64,000 nucleotides of DNA from a virus (taxonomy: Duplodnaviria > Caudoviricetes): positions 961 through 64,960 of IMG/VR virus record IMGVR_UViG_3300036772_000211; one strand, given 5' to 3'. Below, one piece after another: positions 1 to 9,717 of the stretch. The stretch's first letter is position 1. Each line of letters starts with the position of its first letter. The translations under genes were made by a program, and so were the position numbers. The notes below the pieces were generated by a model. The model was not told where the DNA came from. It was given only the letters and a program-made list of their open reading frames with translations, and did no database searches.

Positions 1-902
1 TTCTGGCGAAACGGTTGCACAGTTACGAGCCCGTGCAGACCACCTCGGCTGGCGCCTCGGACGGTTCGACGCTGGTCGGCGTGCAGATGGCCGGCGCGGG
101 TGACAGCAACCGCTACCGCAGCTGGTGGGTGCTGGTTGCCGACCAGCTTGCCCCCTCCGCGCTGCTAGGTCAGGTACGCAAGGTGCCGGATTCAGCGCTC
201 GGTACGACCGACGGCACGCTCAACTTCCCGATCGTGAAGTGGCCAGCCCAGATCCCAGCCGGACTCCAGCTGGAGTTCCACAAGATGCTGCCGCCCACCG
301 CAAACCTGCATGGCGTAACCGGACTGACGGAGTGCCTGAATGCGGCGCTGCGCGAGTGCTACGTGCCAGATCGCCTGCTGTTGGCTGGCTCCAGCACGAC
401 CGCTGTCTACGACCTGACTGGGTTCGGTTCCTGGCTGGAGACGGACGCGATCAAGGAACTCTGGTATCCGCCCGCGGGCAACGCGATGGTGCGCTTCGAG
501 TGGCCCGGCTTCAACGCCTGGCGGGCAGGTCAGAACCTGAACCTCGACGCGATCGGGCTGCCGACGGGACAGAACATGGAGATTGGCGTCACACGCCAGG
601 GCGAAACGCTGATCAAGACCAACGGCGTGTGGACCGACAACTCGTCGGGCTTCGTCAACGATCTGGACGAGTCGCTGTTCCAGCCGGAGTTCCTGTCTGA
701 GATCGCGATGGCGCATGCGTACGCAGCACTGGCCAGGACGTCCTCAGGCACCGATCACGCCGAGTTCACCGCGCTGGCTGACGACCAGCGGCGCGCGGCC
801 AACTATCTCAAGCTGCGCTATCTGGAGCATCTGTCCGAACGGCTGAGCCATCCGGTGAATGCGCTGGGCATCGGCGCCGACTGGCCGCTGCTGGTTCGCT
901 GA
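1..902 (+). CDS. Virion structural protein, probable head-tail adaptor (5'-truncated)
   Basis: Frame is open from the window edge and is coupled to the next gene by TGATG. It sits upstream of nozzle and fibre genes. Confidence 0.5.
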   Translation, partial: LAKRLHSYEPVQTTSAGASDGSTLVGVQMAGAGDSNRYRSWWVLVADQLAPSALLGQVRKVPDSALGTTDGTLNFPIVKWPAQIPAGLQLEFHKMLPPTANLHGVTGLTECLNAALRECYVPDRLLLAGSSTTAVYDLTGFGSWLETDAIKELWYPPAGNAMVRFEWPGFNAWRAGQNLNLDAIGLPTGQNMEIGVTRQGETLIKTNGVWTDNSSGFVNDLDESLFQPEFLSEIAMAHAYAALARTSSGTDHAEFTALADDQRRAANYLKLRYLEHLSERLSHPVNALGIGADWPLLVR

Positions 903-2962
903 TGGCCCAGGCTCCGCGTCCAGCTGCCGCTCCGATGTCCTTCAAGGAGGTCATCACCCTCAACGGGCTGACGTACAGCGCCGCGCGCCAGGTGATGGAC
1001 CCGAACACCACCGGCGTGGCGTACGTGCCAAAGACCGCCTCGGCCATTCAGGACCAGGCTGGTGCCCCACAGCTGGACCCGATCAACGTCATCACCTTCC
1101 ACCACGGCTCGGGTGCCAGCCGCGACGTCGGGCTGCCGATGGCTGCCTGGGGCGAAAATGTCTGGTGCTGTGATCCAGGCTTGATCCTGCCGGGTCCGCT
1201 GGTGACGCGCGTGAGCCTGCCGGTGGCCGGCACGGCGCCAGTCCCTGGCCAGGGATTCGCGGAGTACGGCGGCGACATCTTCTTCGTGGCTGGCCGCTAC
1301 GTGTACCGCATCCCCGCGGGCAACGGCACGATCGTGCAGGACTTCGACCTCGGTCTGAACTCCGCGGGTAACTGCTTCCAGCTGGGCTTCGGGCAGCTAC
1401 TGCTCTCAGCTGGTCCCACGGGCATCGACCTGTCAGCCAAGACCGCGCCGGGTGCTGGCAACTGGACTCAGGCGCTCACGGGACCGAGCGCGATTCAGCC
1501 TGGCACGCTGAGCCATGTCTACTGGACAACCGGCGGGGTCACGTCCGAACGCATCGTAGGTCAGTTCGGTCCCACCACGATCCGCTACACGAATGGTGGA
1601 GATCCGCGGAACAGCAACTCGTGGACACCTGGCCTCACGGCTAACGCCATTGACGTTGGGCCATACGCGATCAACAGATTCATAGCCACGCTCGATCATC
1701 TGTATATCGCTACCACCGGCGGTCTGCGCGACCTCGATTCCAGCGGCAACGCGCCGATGCTCACGCCCGAGATCGAGCTACAGCAGATGCCGACCAACGG
1801 CATCTCGGTGCTCGCCGCGGGCGGCCTCGTCTACATCAACGGCGGGTACGAACTGTACCGCGTGCCTGTCACCGCGCAGCTGAGCTTCGCCGAGGTGCAG
1901 CTATGTACGCCAGGCAACCCGAGCATGCTGCCGAACGAGACGCCGGTGCATGGCTACATCAGCGCCATGACGCGGCGCGGCCAGTGGGTGATCGCCTGCC
2001 AGTACGACGACACCAACAACATCAGCTGGATCAGCTGGGGCCGCGAGGCATTCGCCGGTTTCCTGACCAGCCCGATCCAGCCCGCGAGAGAAGCCGGGCC
2101 GATGGTCTGGAACATGTGTCCGATCGTGCTCCGCGGGCAGAAGGTCACGTCGCTCTGGGTAAGCGGCCTGGTGAGTGCCAATCCGCGGCTGTGGATCGCA
2201 GGCATCGACAACGCGAACAACGTCATCATCCAGTGGGCACCGCTGGCGACGCAGACGCCGTATCAGGATCTACGCAACGGGCGCCCGTACCAGTTCAATC
2301 CTGGCACCGTGACCGCGGTCACGGTAACGCACCCAGCCTACGACGCGGGTGACGACTCGATGCCGAAGGATCTGGAGGAGGCGGTCATCGAGGCCGAGAA
2401 CCTGACCTCCGGCAATCAGGTGACGCTGAAGGTCGCGACCGATGCCGCGCCAGGCGTCTTCACCTCGATCGGCACGTGGGCGAAAGGCCCGCGCCAATCC
2501 ATCCTGCCGTCGCTTACCGTGCTCGGCAACCGCATCATCCCGCAGCTGGTGATGCAGGGTGGCGTCTCGTCACCGGTAATCGTGCGCAAGCAGTCGTATC
2601 TGGTCAACCCGCGGCCAGAGATGGCGCAGGTACGCACCTACTTCCTGAAGCTCGGGCGCTTCGAGCGGCACGCCTTCAACGATCCCGATGAAACGGACCC
2701 CCTGGTGCGCATGGCAGCGCTCGAAGCGCTACAGGTGGGTAGTCGCGCCACGCTGCTTGACGAAGCCCAGCAGAGCATGGTCGTCCTGCTCAAGCACATC
2801 GGCCAGGTTGTCGAGGCCGAGGACTCCGTCTACGGCGGGCGCGTGCTGGCTGCCACGATCGTGCTGCGTGTGGTTGCTGCGGCCCAGGAACCGCTATTCA
2901 GTCTCACCCCTGGTCGGTACGACTCCACGGCCACCTACGACACCGTGTTCACCTACTCGTGA
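902..2962 (+). CDS. Probable tail nozzle/tube protein (beta-rich)
   Basis: 686 aa, beta-strand/propeller-like composition; lies between the adaptor-like and fibre genes as in podoviruses. Confidence 0.55.
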   Translation: MAQAPRPAAAPMSFKEVITLNGLTYSAARQVMDPNTTGVAYVPKTASAIQDQAGAPQLDPINVITFHHGSGASRDVGLPMAAWGENVWCCDPGLILPGPLVTRVSLPVAGTAPVPGQGFAEYGGDIFFVAGRYVYRIPAGNGTIVQDFDLGLNSAGNCFQLGFGQLLLSAGPTGIDLSAKTAPGAGNWTQALTGPSAIQPGTLSHVYWTTGGVTSERIVGQFGPTTIRYTNGGDPRNSNSWTPGLTANAIDVGPYAINRFIATLDHLYIATTGGLRDLDSSGNAPMLTPEIELQQMPTNGISVLAAGGLVYINGGYELYRVPVTAQLSFAEVQLCTPGNPSMLPNETPVHGYISAMTRRGQWVIACQYDDTNNISWISWGREAFAGFLTSPIQPAREAGPMVWNMCPIVLRGQKVTSLWVSGLVSANPRLWIAGIDNANNVIIQWAPLATQTPYQDLRNGRPYQFNPGTVTAVTVTHPAYDAGDDSMPKDLEEAVIEAENLTSGNQVTLKVATDAAPGVFTSIGTWAKGPRQSILPSLTVLGNRIIPQLVMQGGVSSPVIVRKQSYLVNPRPEMAQVRTYFLKLGRFERHAFNDPDETDPLVRMAALEALQVGSRATLLDEAQQSMVVLLKHIGQVVEAEDSVYGGRVLAATIVLRVVAAAQEPLFSLTPGRYDSTATYDTVFTYS

Positions 2963-2970
2963 GGTAGCTA

Positions 2971-4551
2971 ATGGTTTCTCTGTACACCGTCGGCCCGACC
3001 GTCAACAGCGGACTGATCGAGTCCGCCGACCTCAACCAGCTGGTCAACACTCTGAGCGGGGCTCAGAACACGCCGGTCTTCATTAAGAACACCGACCCCA
3101 TCAGCTTCACCCTCCAGCTGCAGAACACCGACTCGGCGAGCAAGGCACTGCTGGTGACTGCCGCAGACGGTTCAACCGTGCTCGCGCGCGTGCAAGGCAG
3201 CGGCATGGTGGCCAGTCCCGACGGGACCGTTGCCGACACCATCGTTACGATCAGCCACGCGCAGACGCTCACCAACAAGACGCTGAGCAACCCGATCATC
3301 AACACAGGTGGTCTGCAGGTCAATGGCGGCAACATCGGCATCGGGGGTGCGGCGACAGGCAACAACGGGCTCCTTATTCCTGGCAGCTACAACATCAACG
3401 CTTCGGGTGGCGCCGGGGCTGGTCTGAGCGTCGACCCGACGCTGGTCGCGCAGGCTACCAACGACAGCCTGTATGGCGTCTACGTCCAGCCAGCGTTCAA
3501 TGACAATTCGCACACTGGCGTTCTCCATTACGGCCTGTACGTCGGCAGCGGCCAGAGCTACTTCGCGAACAACGTCGGGCTCGGATTCAGTCCTGGCACC
3601 GTGCAACGGTTGTGGATTCGCGGTGCCACGGCAGACGCCGGTAGCGACGCGCTGCTGGCGCAGAACTCTGCTGGGACCAACCTGCTCGAAGTTCGCGACG
3701 ACGGCTACCTGCTGTTCGCGAACGGGGCGCGCAACATCTCTCCAAACGGCACAGTCAACTCGTTTTACCTGACCACTACCGACGGCTCGAATGGCATCGT
3801 CCAGTCAAGCAACGGCAGCCTGTACGTGCGCTCCGCTGGCGGCGCTAACGGCGTCATCATGGACACCGGTACGGGTGGCCTGAACGTTAGCTCCGGTGGC
3901 CCCCTCAACTGCGCGGGCTATATCGCCGCTGGTCCCGCGATCTCTGCTGGTGCTGGCGACCTGAACGCCAATCGCAACAACGGCACCGGCTACGTGTTCC
4001 TGGCCAACGCAAGCCACTACATCGGCTTCGACGGCACGAGCTACCAGATGCCCACGAGCGGCCTGAATGTTGGTGGAGGCATCACCGGCACCACCCTCGC
4101 CGCTGGAGCAAGCCTGATAGCGCAGGCTGGAGACATCAGCGCCAACCGCGGCAACGGTACCGGGGTCATCTACCTGGGCAACAATACTCACTATCTGTTC
4201 TTTGACGGCACCAACTACCAGTTGCCAGGTAGCAAGCTTCAAGTTACCGGCCTCAATGCACTGCTGTCGCAAACCAATGCGACCGACTTCAAGTTCGACT
4301 GCGGCAACGCTTTTATGAACAACATCCCCAACGGCACCCAGGTGGTGGCGATAGGTTTCAACGCTGCCTTCGCCGCGGCACCCACGTCCATCGTCTTCTC
4401 GATGAACAACATCAGCGGGGGGCGTGGCAGCTACAGCCAGGTTCACCTGGGCGCTGATGGCATCGGCACCAACGGCTTCAACCTCGTGATCGACAACACC
4501 AGCGGAGGCAGCCAGAGCTTCCTCGTTGGTTGGATGGCGTTCGGCCATTAG
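2971..4551 (+). CDS. Tail fibre / receptor-binding protein
   Basis: GAGG RBS. G/N/T-rich, with a TLTNKTL fibre motif, an internal duplicated module (AGDLNANRNNGTGY.. / AGDISANRGNGTGV..) and a lectin-like C-terminus ending WMAFGH. Confidence 0.8.
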   Translation: MVSLYTVGPTVNSGLIESADLNQLVNTLSGAQNTPVFIKNTDPISFTLQLQNTDSASKALLVTAADGSTVLARVQGSGMVASPDGTVADTIVTISHAQTLTNKTLSNPIINTGGLQVNGGNIGIGGAATGNNGLLIPGSYNINASGGAGAGLSVDPTLVAQATNDSLYGVYVQPAFNDNSHTGVLHYGLYVGSGQSYFANNVGLGFSPGTVQRLWIRGATADAGSDALLAQNSAGTNLLEVRDDGYLLFANGARNISPNGTVNSFYLTTTDGSNGIVQSSNGSLYVRSAGGANGVIMDTGTGGLNVSSGGPLNCAGYIAAGPAISAGAGDLNANRNNGTGYVFLANASHYIGFDGTSYQMPTSGLNVGGGITGTTLAAGASLIAQAGDISANRGNGTGVIYLGNNTHYLFFDGTNYQLPGSKLQVTGLNALLSQTNATDFKFDCGNAFMNNIPNGTQVVAIGFNAAFAAAPTSIVFSMNNISGGRGSYSQVHLGADGIGTNGFNLVIDNTSGGSQSFLVGWMAFGH

Positions 4552-4560
4552 GAGGTCCAC

Positions 4561-4746
4561 ATGGAGATACAACCCGACGAACTGATCGTCCTGCTCGGCT
4601 GGAAGGAAGCCGAGATTCACGTGTTGCGCAAGAAGGTCGCCAAGCTCGAAGCGATGGTTGCCCAGCTGGCGCAGCAGGAGACGGACAAGCCAGCAGAGCC
4701 ACCACCGGACCCGCTGTTGAGCATGGCAGCCAACGGAGTCCGCTGA
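4561..4746 (+). CDS. Small coiled-coil protein, possible fibre chaperone
   Basis: AGGAGG RBS; 61 aa with a heptad pattern; directly follows the fibre gene. Confidence 0.55.
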   Translation: MEIQPDELIVLLGWKEAEIHVLRKKVAKLEAMVAQLAQQETDKPAEPPPDPLLSMAANGVR

Positions 4747-4747
4747 C

Positions 4748-5041
4748 GTGGCGGGCCTGGTGTTTCCCTACACCGATCCCAGGAGCGGCTTCCAGTACCC
4801 GTCGGCGTTTCTGGTGATTGACGATGCGCGCGTTCACTGGGCCGCACAGACTGCCATCCTGGGTATCTCGATCTACGGGTCGGAGGCTCTCTACAACCAG
4901 GGCAAAGATCCGATCTTCCGCGACACCGACCTGTACCTGACCAGTGGCGAGCTTGCGAACGAAGAGCCGCGATTCCTGGGTGACCTGTACGGCATCCTGC
5001 AGGCTCGTCCCACCTTCGCTGGAGGCACCATTGTCACCTGA
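4748..5041 (+). CDS. Hypothetical protein, possible tail fibre assembly factor
   Basis: Tightly packed ORF in the tail operon. Confidence 0.5.
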   Translation: MAGLVFPYTDPRSGFQYPSAFLVIDDARVHWAAQTAILGISIYGSEALYNQGKDPIFRDTDLYLTSGELANEEPRFLGDLYGILQARPTFAGGTIVT

Positions 5042-5067
5042 GCGACGGCTCTGGTCGCAGTGAGTGG

Positions 5068-5370
5068 GTGGACACCCTTGGTAGTCCAGCCGCTCTGCTG
5101 CCGCTCCTGGCTGGGCCAAGCGGTGCGATCGCGGCGCTACTGCTCTTTTGCGGGTATCTGCTGCGTGAACTCAGCCTGGCGCGCGCGGATGTCAAAAGTT
5201 ACCAGGCCAAGTACGAAGCCATGCGTGAATCCAGGGATGAGTTCCGCTTCCTGACCGGCGACGCGGTGCGTGCGGGCAAACGTGCGATTCAGACAGCCGT
5301 GGCGAGCGAGTTCGTTCACGAGCAGCACGGTCGCGAAACGCACGAGGTCCGCGAAGAGGTTCACGAATGA
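5068..5370 (+). CDS. Membrane protein with coiled coil (lysis cassette, holin-like)
   Basis: N-terminal TM segment (AIAALLLFCGYLL) followed by a coiled coil; upstream of the endolysin. Confidence 0.55.
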   Translation: MDTLGSPAALLPLLAGPSGAIAALLLFCGYLLRELSLARADVKSYQAKYEAMRESRDEFRFLTGDAVRAGKRAIQTAVASEFVHEQHGRETHEVREEVHE

Positions 5371-5633
5371 ACTGGCCGCACTGGTTGCGCTGGCTGCGCT
5401 GGTTGCTGGGCAAGCCTCCCATGCCTGCTGTCAGGCTGGACGAGCCAGACATCAACGAGGAAAAAGCGCAGATACGCAGAGATGTGGGGCAGATCAAGGA
5501 ACTCAACGAGTACCTGCTGAACAAGGCTGTCGCCCGCGGGCGCCTGTCACCGGAAGCGGCAGCCGCAATCCGCGCATCTCAAACCTATGAACGCGAGGTA
5601 ATGGATATTGGATCTGGTAGTAAGTCGAATTGA
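5367..5633 (+). CDS. Hypothetical lysis-cassette protein
   Basis: ATGA overlap with the previous gene; amphipathic Trp-rich N-terminus. Confidence 0.5.
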   Translation: MNWPHWLRWLRWLLGKPPMPAVRLDEPDINEEKAQIRRDVGQIKELNEYLLNKAVARGRLSPEAAAAIRASQTYEREVMDIGSGSKSN

Positions 5634-5970
5634 GGATCCGGCCATTCTGGTGTGGCTGGCTGTTGCGCTGATCGGATTCACGTCAAGCCTGGGAACCTTG
5701 CTGCTTATGCGCTTCGAGATTGCCCTGCACCCAATGGCACTGGCCGTTCCAGCCGTCGCAGCCATGAAGAATCACAACATGGGTGCCGAGGCGGCGCGCA
5801 TTGCGGCGCAGCTGATCGCTTTTGGCGTGGGCATAGGCTTCATTGTCGACTGGCTTTCGCCGGAAGTTGTCGCCTGGGCACTGGTGCTGATGAACTTCAT
5901 CTTGTGCGCCAACTCGGTCAACGAGTTCGTGCTGTCTATCCGCCTGCTTGGCGGACTGGAGACTCATTGA
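5608..5970 (+). CDS. Multi-pass membrane protein (holin candidate)
   Basis: About three hydrophobic segments; its stop overlaps the endolysin start (TGATG). Confidence 0.55.
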   Translation: MDLVVSRIEDPAILVWLAVALIGFTSSLGTLLLMRFEIALHPMALAVPAVAAMKNHNMGAEAARIAAQLIAFGVGIGFIVDWLSPEVVAWALVLMNFILCANSVNEFVLSIRLLGGLETH

Positions 5971-7238
5971 TGCCTGGCATAAATGTCGACGTTCTCAATC
6001 AGCCGCCCACGGTTGCCCTGCTGCAGCAGGCTGGCATCGACGCGGTGCGCCTGGTGTCGCAACCGGACCCCAACGGACCCGGTGTCCATCCGCTGATCGA
6101 GCAGTACCTGGCAGACCTGAAAGCGGCCAATATCTTCGCCCTGGTGGTGATCACTGGCCAGTCCGCGGGCAAGCTGCCGGCCAACAACCAGGGCTGGTTC
6201 CAGTGCCGCAACGAACCTGACGGGCAGCCGCCGGCGTCCGAGCCGATGACCACCGACCAGTACGTTCAGGAGTTCAACACCTACAGCGAGACGTTCCCGC
6301 AGTTCAACTGGGTGGCAGCTGGGCTGTGCGGCTCGGACCCGCTCGGGTACTGGCAGACGATCGCGCCGCAGCTGGTCAACTGCACTGGCTTCGCGGTCCA
6401 TCCGTACCTGAAGACACCCACCGACGCGACGGCTCTGGTCGACGCCATGCAAGCAGTGGACACCTCGAAGCTCGCGTTCGTGACGGAGTTCAACACCGAT
6501 GCTGGCAGCCTGCTGGCGATGCTGGTCGGCCTCCACGGCGACACCGCTGGACAGTACTGGTACGCCGCGGGCGACTGGATGAACAGTGGCTACGGCCTGC
6601 TCGATCACCCCGATAAGCTCACCGCGTGGACGCAGGCTCTGCAGCTGATCCAGAACCCTCCGCAGCCACAGCCGGAGCAATGGGTCGACTTGTCGAACTA
6701 CCAGGGCGACCTGACGGCGAACATGATGGCAGACATGCGCAACAGCGGCGTCGTCGGTATAGTCAGTCAAGCAATCACGGGCCTCAACGGCATGAGTTAC
6801 TGTCGCCAGCAATTGCAAGCTGCGCTCGAAGGCTCCTTCCGCATCGCCGGTTACGCGTGGTGCTTCCACGGCGTGAGCGTCTCGCAGCGGTTGCACATGT
6901 TCGATGGCTTCCAGCTGGAGTACCTGGCTCTTGACAACGAACAGGCGGGCATCACGATCGCTGATGTCAACCGCGACTTCGGGCTGTGCGACCAGTACAT
7001 GGGCAAACTCACTGAGGACTACACCGCACGCTGGTTCTTCCAACAGCAGGGCTGGCAGAACTTCACGGGTTGGTCCGGTCGGCCGCTCTGGTACGCGCTC
7101 TACGACAACGAGAAAGACCTGGCCGATTTCGCCCCATTCGGCGGCTGGACGCGACCGCGGATGCACCAGTTCTCTGCTAGCCAGGTGTTCGGAGGTGTCA
7201 AGTGCGACATCTCGATCCGCTACCCCACGATGCCGTGA
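5970..7238 (+). CDS. Endolysin: N-terminal clan-A-like glycoside hydrolase plus C-terminal GH25-type muramidase
   Basis: Start re-assigned to ATG 5970 (GGAG RBS). N-domain has NEPD..HPY..TEF. After a PPQPQP linker the C-domain has VDLSNYQG..LDNE..YT..LWYA..FGGW..HQF. Confidence 0.8.
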   Translation: MPGINVDVLNQPPTVALLQQAGIDAVRLVSQPDPNGPGVHPLIEQYLADLKAANIFALVVITGQSAGKLPANNQGWFQCRNEPDGQPPASEPMTTDQYVQEFNTYSETFPQFNWVAAGLCGSDPLGYWQTIAPQLVNCTGFAVHPYLKTPTDATALVDAMQAVDTSKLAFVTEFNTDAGSLLAMLVGLHGDTAGQYWYAAGDWMNSGYGLLDHPDKLTAWTQALQLIQNPPQPQPEQWVDLSNYQGDLTANMMADMRNSGVVGIVSQAITGLNGMSYCRQQLQAALEGSFRIAGYAWCFHGVSVSQRLHMFDGFQLEYLALDNEQAGITIADVNRDFGLCDQYMGKLTEDYTARWFFQQQGWQNFTGWSGRPLWYALYDNEKDLADFAPFGGWTRPRMHQFSASQVFGGVKCDISIRYPTMP

Positions 7239-7435
7239 ACTGGTCGGCCATCGTCTGGCTCACGTGGCTGGGTTCGTTTGTCGTGCTTGAGGGAGCAGCA
7301 ATCAGCGGCAGAGTGCCCTGGACGACGCTGAGCGTTTATACGTGGATGCTCGAATCGACTGACGGCGTGGTGCGGTGGGTGCTGCTCATTGGCCTGGCAG
7401 CGCTACTGACGCACCTCGTGGCGAAGTGGCCCTAG
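7235..7435 (+). CDS. Small two-TM membrane protein (holin-like)
   Basis: GTGA overlap with the endolysin stop; two hydrophobic helices. Confidence 0.6.
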   Translation: MNWSAIVWLTWLGSFVVLEGAAISGRVPWTTLSVYTWMLESTDGVVRWVLLIGLAALLTHLVAKWP

Positions 7436-7698
7436 CCAGGCGCTTCGAGCAGGTCGCGCGGCTCGCATTCAAGCGCGTCTGCGAGCTTGCGGACGGTAGA
7501 TGGTAGGGCCTCGCCGCCGTTCTCCAGGCGAGTAACAGTGAACCGCTGGACGCCAGCACGCTTGCCAAGCTCTTCCTGCGACAGCGCGGCCAGGTGGCGC
7601 GCTCGCTTTAGGCCGGGCAGTTTGACCAATCTGACGTCAATCGTACCGTCAGCGTCCCCCGGAAGCACAGTCACGTCTATATCGCGAGGTCGAGTCAT
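7432..7698 (-). CDS. Xre-family HTH regulator, divergent from the T4SS-like operon
   Basis: LKRARHLAALSQEELGKRAGVQRFTVTRLENG..TVRKLADAL. ATG 7698 lies 6 nt after a TACAAT -10 box. Confidence 0.85.
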   Translation of the reverse strand: MTRPRDIDVTVLPGDADGTIDVRLVKLPGLKRARHLAALSQEELGKRAGVQRFTVTRLENGGEALPSTVRKLADALECEPRDLLEAPG

Positions 7699-7744
7699 CA
7701 ATGCATTGTATGTCCGTGGTGCGTTTGCTGTATGCTGGCTGTGC
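7699..7744. promoter_or_regulatory. Divergent leaderless promoters for Xre and the T4SS-like operon
   Basis: Minus-strand TACAAT (7705-7710) is 6 nt from its ATG. Plus-strand TATGCT (7731-7736) is 8 nt from ATG 7745. Palindrome CAATGCATTG at 7699-7708. Confidence 0.6.
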
Positions 7745-8746
7745 ATGATGAAGTGGCTCGCCTGGCCGGTGGGGGTGGTGGCTGCGCTGGTCGTGGTGAC
7801 GGCATACGCGCAGGGCAACCCCATCGTGACCGCGCCACCGAGCAGCAGCAGCACCTCGACGCACATAGACGTGACTGTCCAGGCACCCCCAGAAGATCCG
7901 AAAGCAATCGCGGAGGCAGCGACGCAGTCGTCAGACGCGGTGATCGTGAATGTGCTCGCGCCGATTCCGGTGGGCTTCGTCAAGGGAGCTATCGGCAGCT
8001 TCCCGAACGTGTGGACGCAGACGCCGCCGAACCTTACTTACGCCAACGGCGATCTGTCGCGGCTGGCGGGGGTAGTGCGGGATGGATCGCTGGCGCTGAG
8101 CGGCCTGGCGGTCTTCGCGCTCGGTATGAAGCTGGCGTTCACGCGCACGGCGCCGACGGGGCGACTGCTCTTCGGCGTGGTGATGTGTCTGGGCAACCTT
8201 GTCTGGTGGAAGGTCGGCATTGACCTGAACAACGCGATCAACCAGCAGATCAGCGCGCCGACGTTAGCCAGCCTGCTCAACCCCGGCATGACGCTCCCGA
8301 AGGTCGCGGATGGGACCATCCCCACGCCAGACATCGTCGCCAGCGCTGTGCTGGCCGCGGTCTTCGCGGTTGTCGGATTCCTGACGATGTTCAGTCTGCT
8401 TGCGCGGCTGGCGCTGATCGACATCCTGATCGTCGTCGGACCGCTCGCGCTGATCTGTTTCGCATCAGAAGAGTCGGCCAGCTGGGGCACGATGTACGCG
8501 CGCACGGCAGTGGGGCTGACGTTCAGCCAGGTGCTGATCACGGTCGCGTTCCTCGTGGCGAAAGTACTGGGCGTCCTGGGCACCTCCGGCGTGCTCGGGG
8601 CGATCGTGGGCATCGCGGTGCTGCTGACCATTCGCGGCCTGCCGAGCCTGATGGCATCCGGTCGTATGACGGCTGGGCCAAGCAACAGCGCGGCGTTCGG
8701 CGCCATCCTGGCGTTCGGTCGCCGCGCACTGGGGCTACTGATCTGA
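7745..8746 (+). CDS. VirB6/TrbL-like polytopic membrane protein
   Basis: Signal/TM N-terminus and about six TM helices; the segment ARLALIDILIVVGPLALICF...W...F.Q is typical of TrbL-like proteins. Confidence 0.7.
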   Translation: MMKWLAWPVGVVAALVVVTAYAQGNPIVTAPPSSSSTSTHIDVTVQAPPEDPKAIAEAATQSSDAVIVNVLAPIPVGFVKGAIGSFPNVWTQTPPNLTYANGDLSRLAGVVRDGSLALSGLAVFALGMKLAFTRTAPTGRLLFGVVMCLGNLVWWKVGIDLNNAINQQISAPTLASLLNPGMTLPKVADGTIPTPDIVASAVLAAVFAVVGFLTMFSLLARLALIDILIVVGPLALICFASEESASWGTMYARTAVGLTFSQVLITVAFLVAKVLGVLGTSGVLGAIVGIAVLLTIRGLPSLMASGRMTAGPSNSAAFGAILAFGRRALGLLI

Positions 8747-9354
8747 TGGGCTGGATTGCAGGCGCCGCGGGCGCGTTCTTTGGGATCTTCCTGATGTTCT
8801 GGGTCGGCTTCACCACCCAGCCGTGGTCGCCGTGGTGGATCTCCGGCGGCAGCCAGGACCAGACGGTAGCCGGCGGCGGCGACATCAGCCTGCCAAGCTT
8901 CAGCGTCCCATCCGGTGGCGCTCTGCCGCCTATCTCGGACGCGCCCGCTCCACCTGTCACAGCTGGTCATGTCAGCGACGTGCAGCGCTTCCAGCTGATC
9001 GAGGCAGCTGGAGCTTCGCCACAGGTCGCGATCGTCATGACGGCGCTGAGCATCGCCGAGGATGGCTCGGGCGACCCGTCCATCGTCGGTCCCCCCAACC
9101 GTGACCATTCGGTCGACAACGGACTCTGGCAGGTCAACAGCGGGCACATCGGGCAGTGCGGCATCACCAGCCAGCAGTGGCTCTTCGACCCGATGAACAA
9201 CGCGCGGGCTGCCATGTGCATCCTGGGGCCTGGGCTGAACTACTGCGCCTGGTCGACGTTCGAGGCTAGCTGCGGTGCGGGTCATACGGGCGCGTACCGC
9301 GCGTTCATCGCGGGCGCGACGTTCATCGCGCAGGGGCAAACATGGCAGCACTGA
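8746..9354 (+). CDS. Membrane-anchored lysozyme-fold transglycosylase (VirB1 analogue)
   Basis: N-terminal TM; AED..GDP..GLWQVN..LFDPMNNARAA..WST motif set. Confidence 0.8.
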   Translation: MGWIAGAAGAFFGIFLMFWVGFTTQPWSPWWISGGSQDQTVAGGGDISLPSFSVPSGGALPPISDAPAPPVTAGHVSDVQRFQLIEAAGASPQVAIVMTALSIAEDGSGDPSIVGPPNRDHSVDNGLWQVNSGHIGQCGITSQQWLFDPMNNARAAMCILGPGLNYCAWSTFEASCGAGHTGAYRAFIAGATFIAQGQTWQH

Positions 9355-9611
9355 TCGCGCTTCTGATGGTGGCTCAGCAGCTGCTGAGCGTTCCTGGGTT
9401 CCTCACCGAGATCGTGCCAGGCGACCTCGATACGACAGTGCTGCAGGTCGACCAGACCAGCTACGAGATCGCGTTCGGACCAGGGTGCGAGGACTTCCAG
9501 CCCGGAATGGACGTGCTGGTGGAGGCAGGAAGCGGCGGCGTGGCCACGCTTTACGACGACAGCGGAAGCGGGCAGTGCAACGTGCTGATCGGAGCACCGG
9601 TCGGCGAATGA
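9342..9611 (+). CDS. Small exported acidic protein
   Basis: Signal-like N-terminus, two Cys, overlaps both neighbours. Confidence 0.55.
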   Translation: MAALIALLMVAQQLLSVPGFLTEIVPGDLDTTVLQVDQTSYEIAFGPGCEDFQPGMDVLVEAGSGGVATLYDDSGSGQCNVLIGAPVGE

Positions 9612-9712
9612 ACTGGAGGGTGCTCAGGGGTTGGGTGGTGGTGGTGGTCATCGTATCCATTGACGTGCTGGGGTGCGCATTCATCGCACAGCACATCATT
9701 TCGGGAGGTTAG
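9608..9712 (+). CDS. 34-aa single-TM peptide
   Basis: ATGA overlap; MNWRVLRGWVVVVVIVSIDVLGCAFIAQHIISGG. Confidence 0.45.
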   Translation: MNWRVLRGWVVVVVIVSIDVLGCAFIAQHIISGG

Positions 9713-9717
9713 CGTTC

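Noticed and set aside
2971-4551. Diversity-generating retroelement acting on the tail fibre
   Set aside because: No reverse transcriptase is present, and the duplicated module is not an adenine-specific TR/VR pair.
7487-7744. ORF-track N-terminal extensions of the VirB6-like, Xre, endolysin and early leftward genes
   Set aside because: They run through promoters or neighbouring genes; internal starts match the -10 boxes or RBSs.
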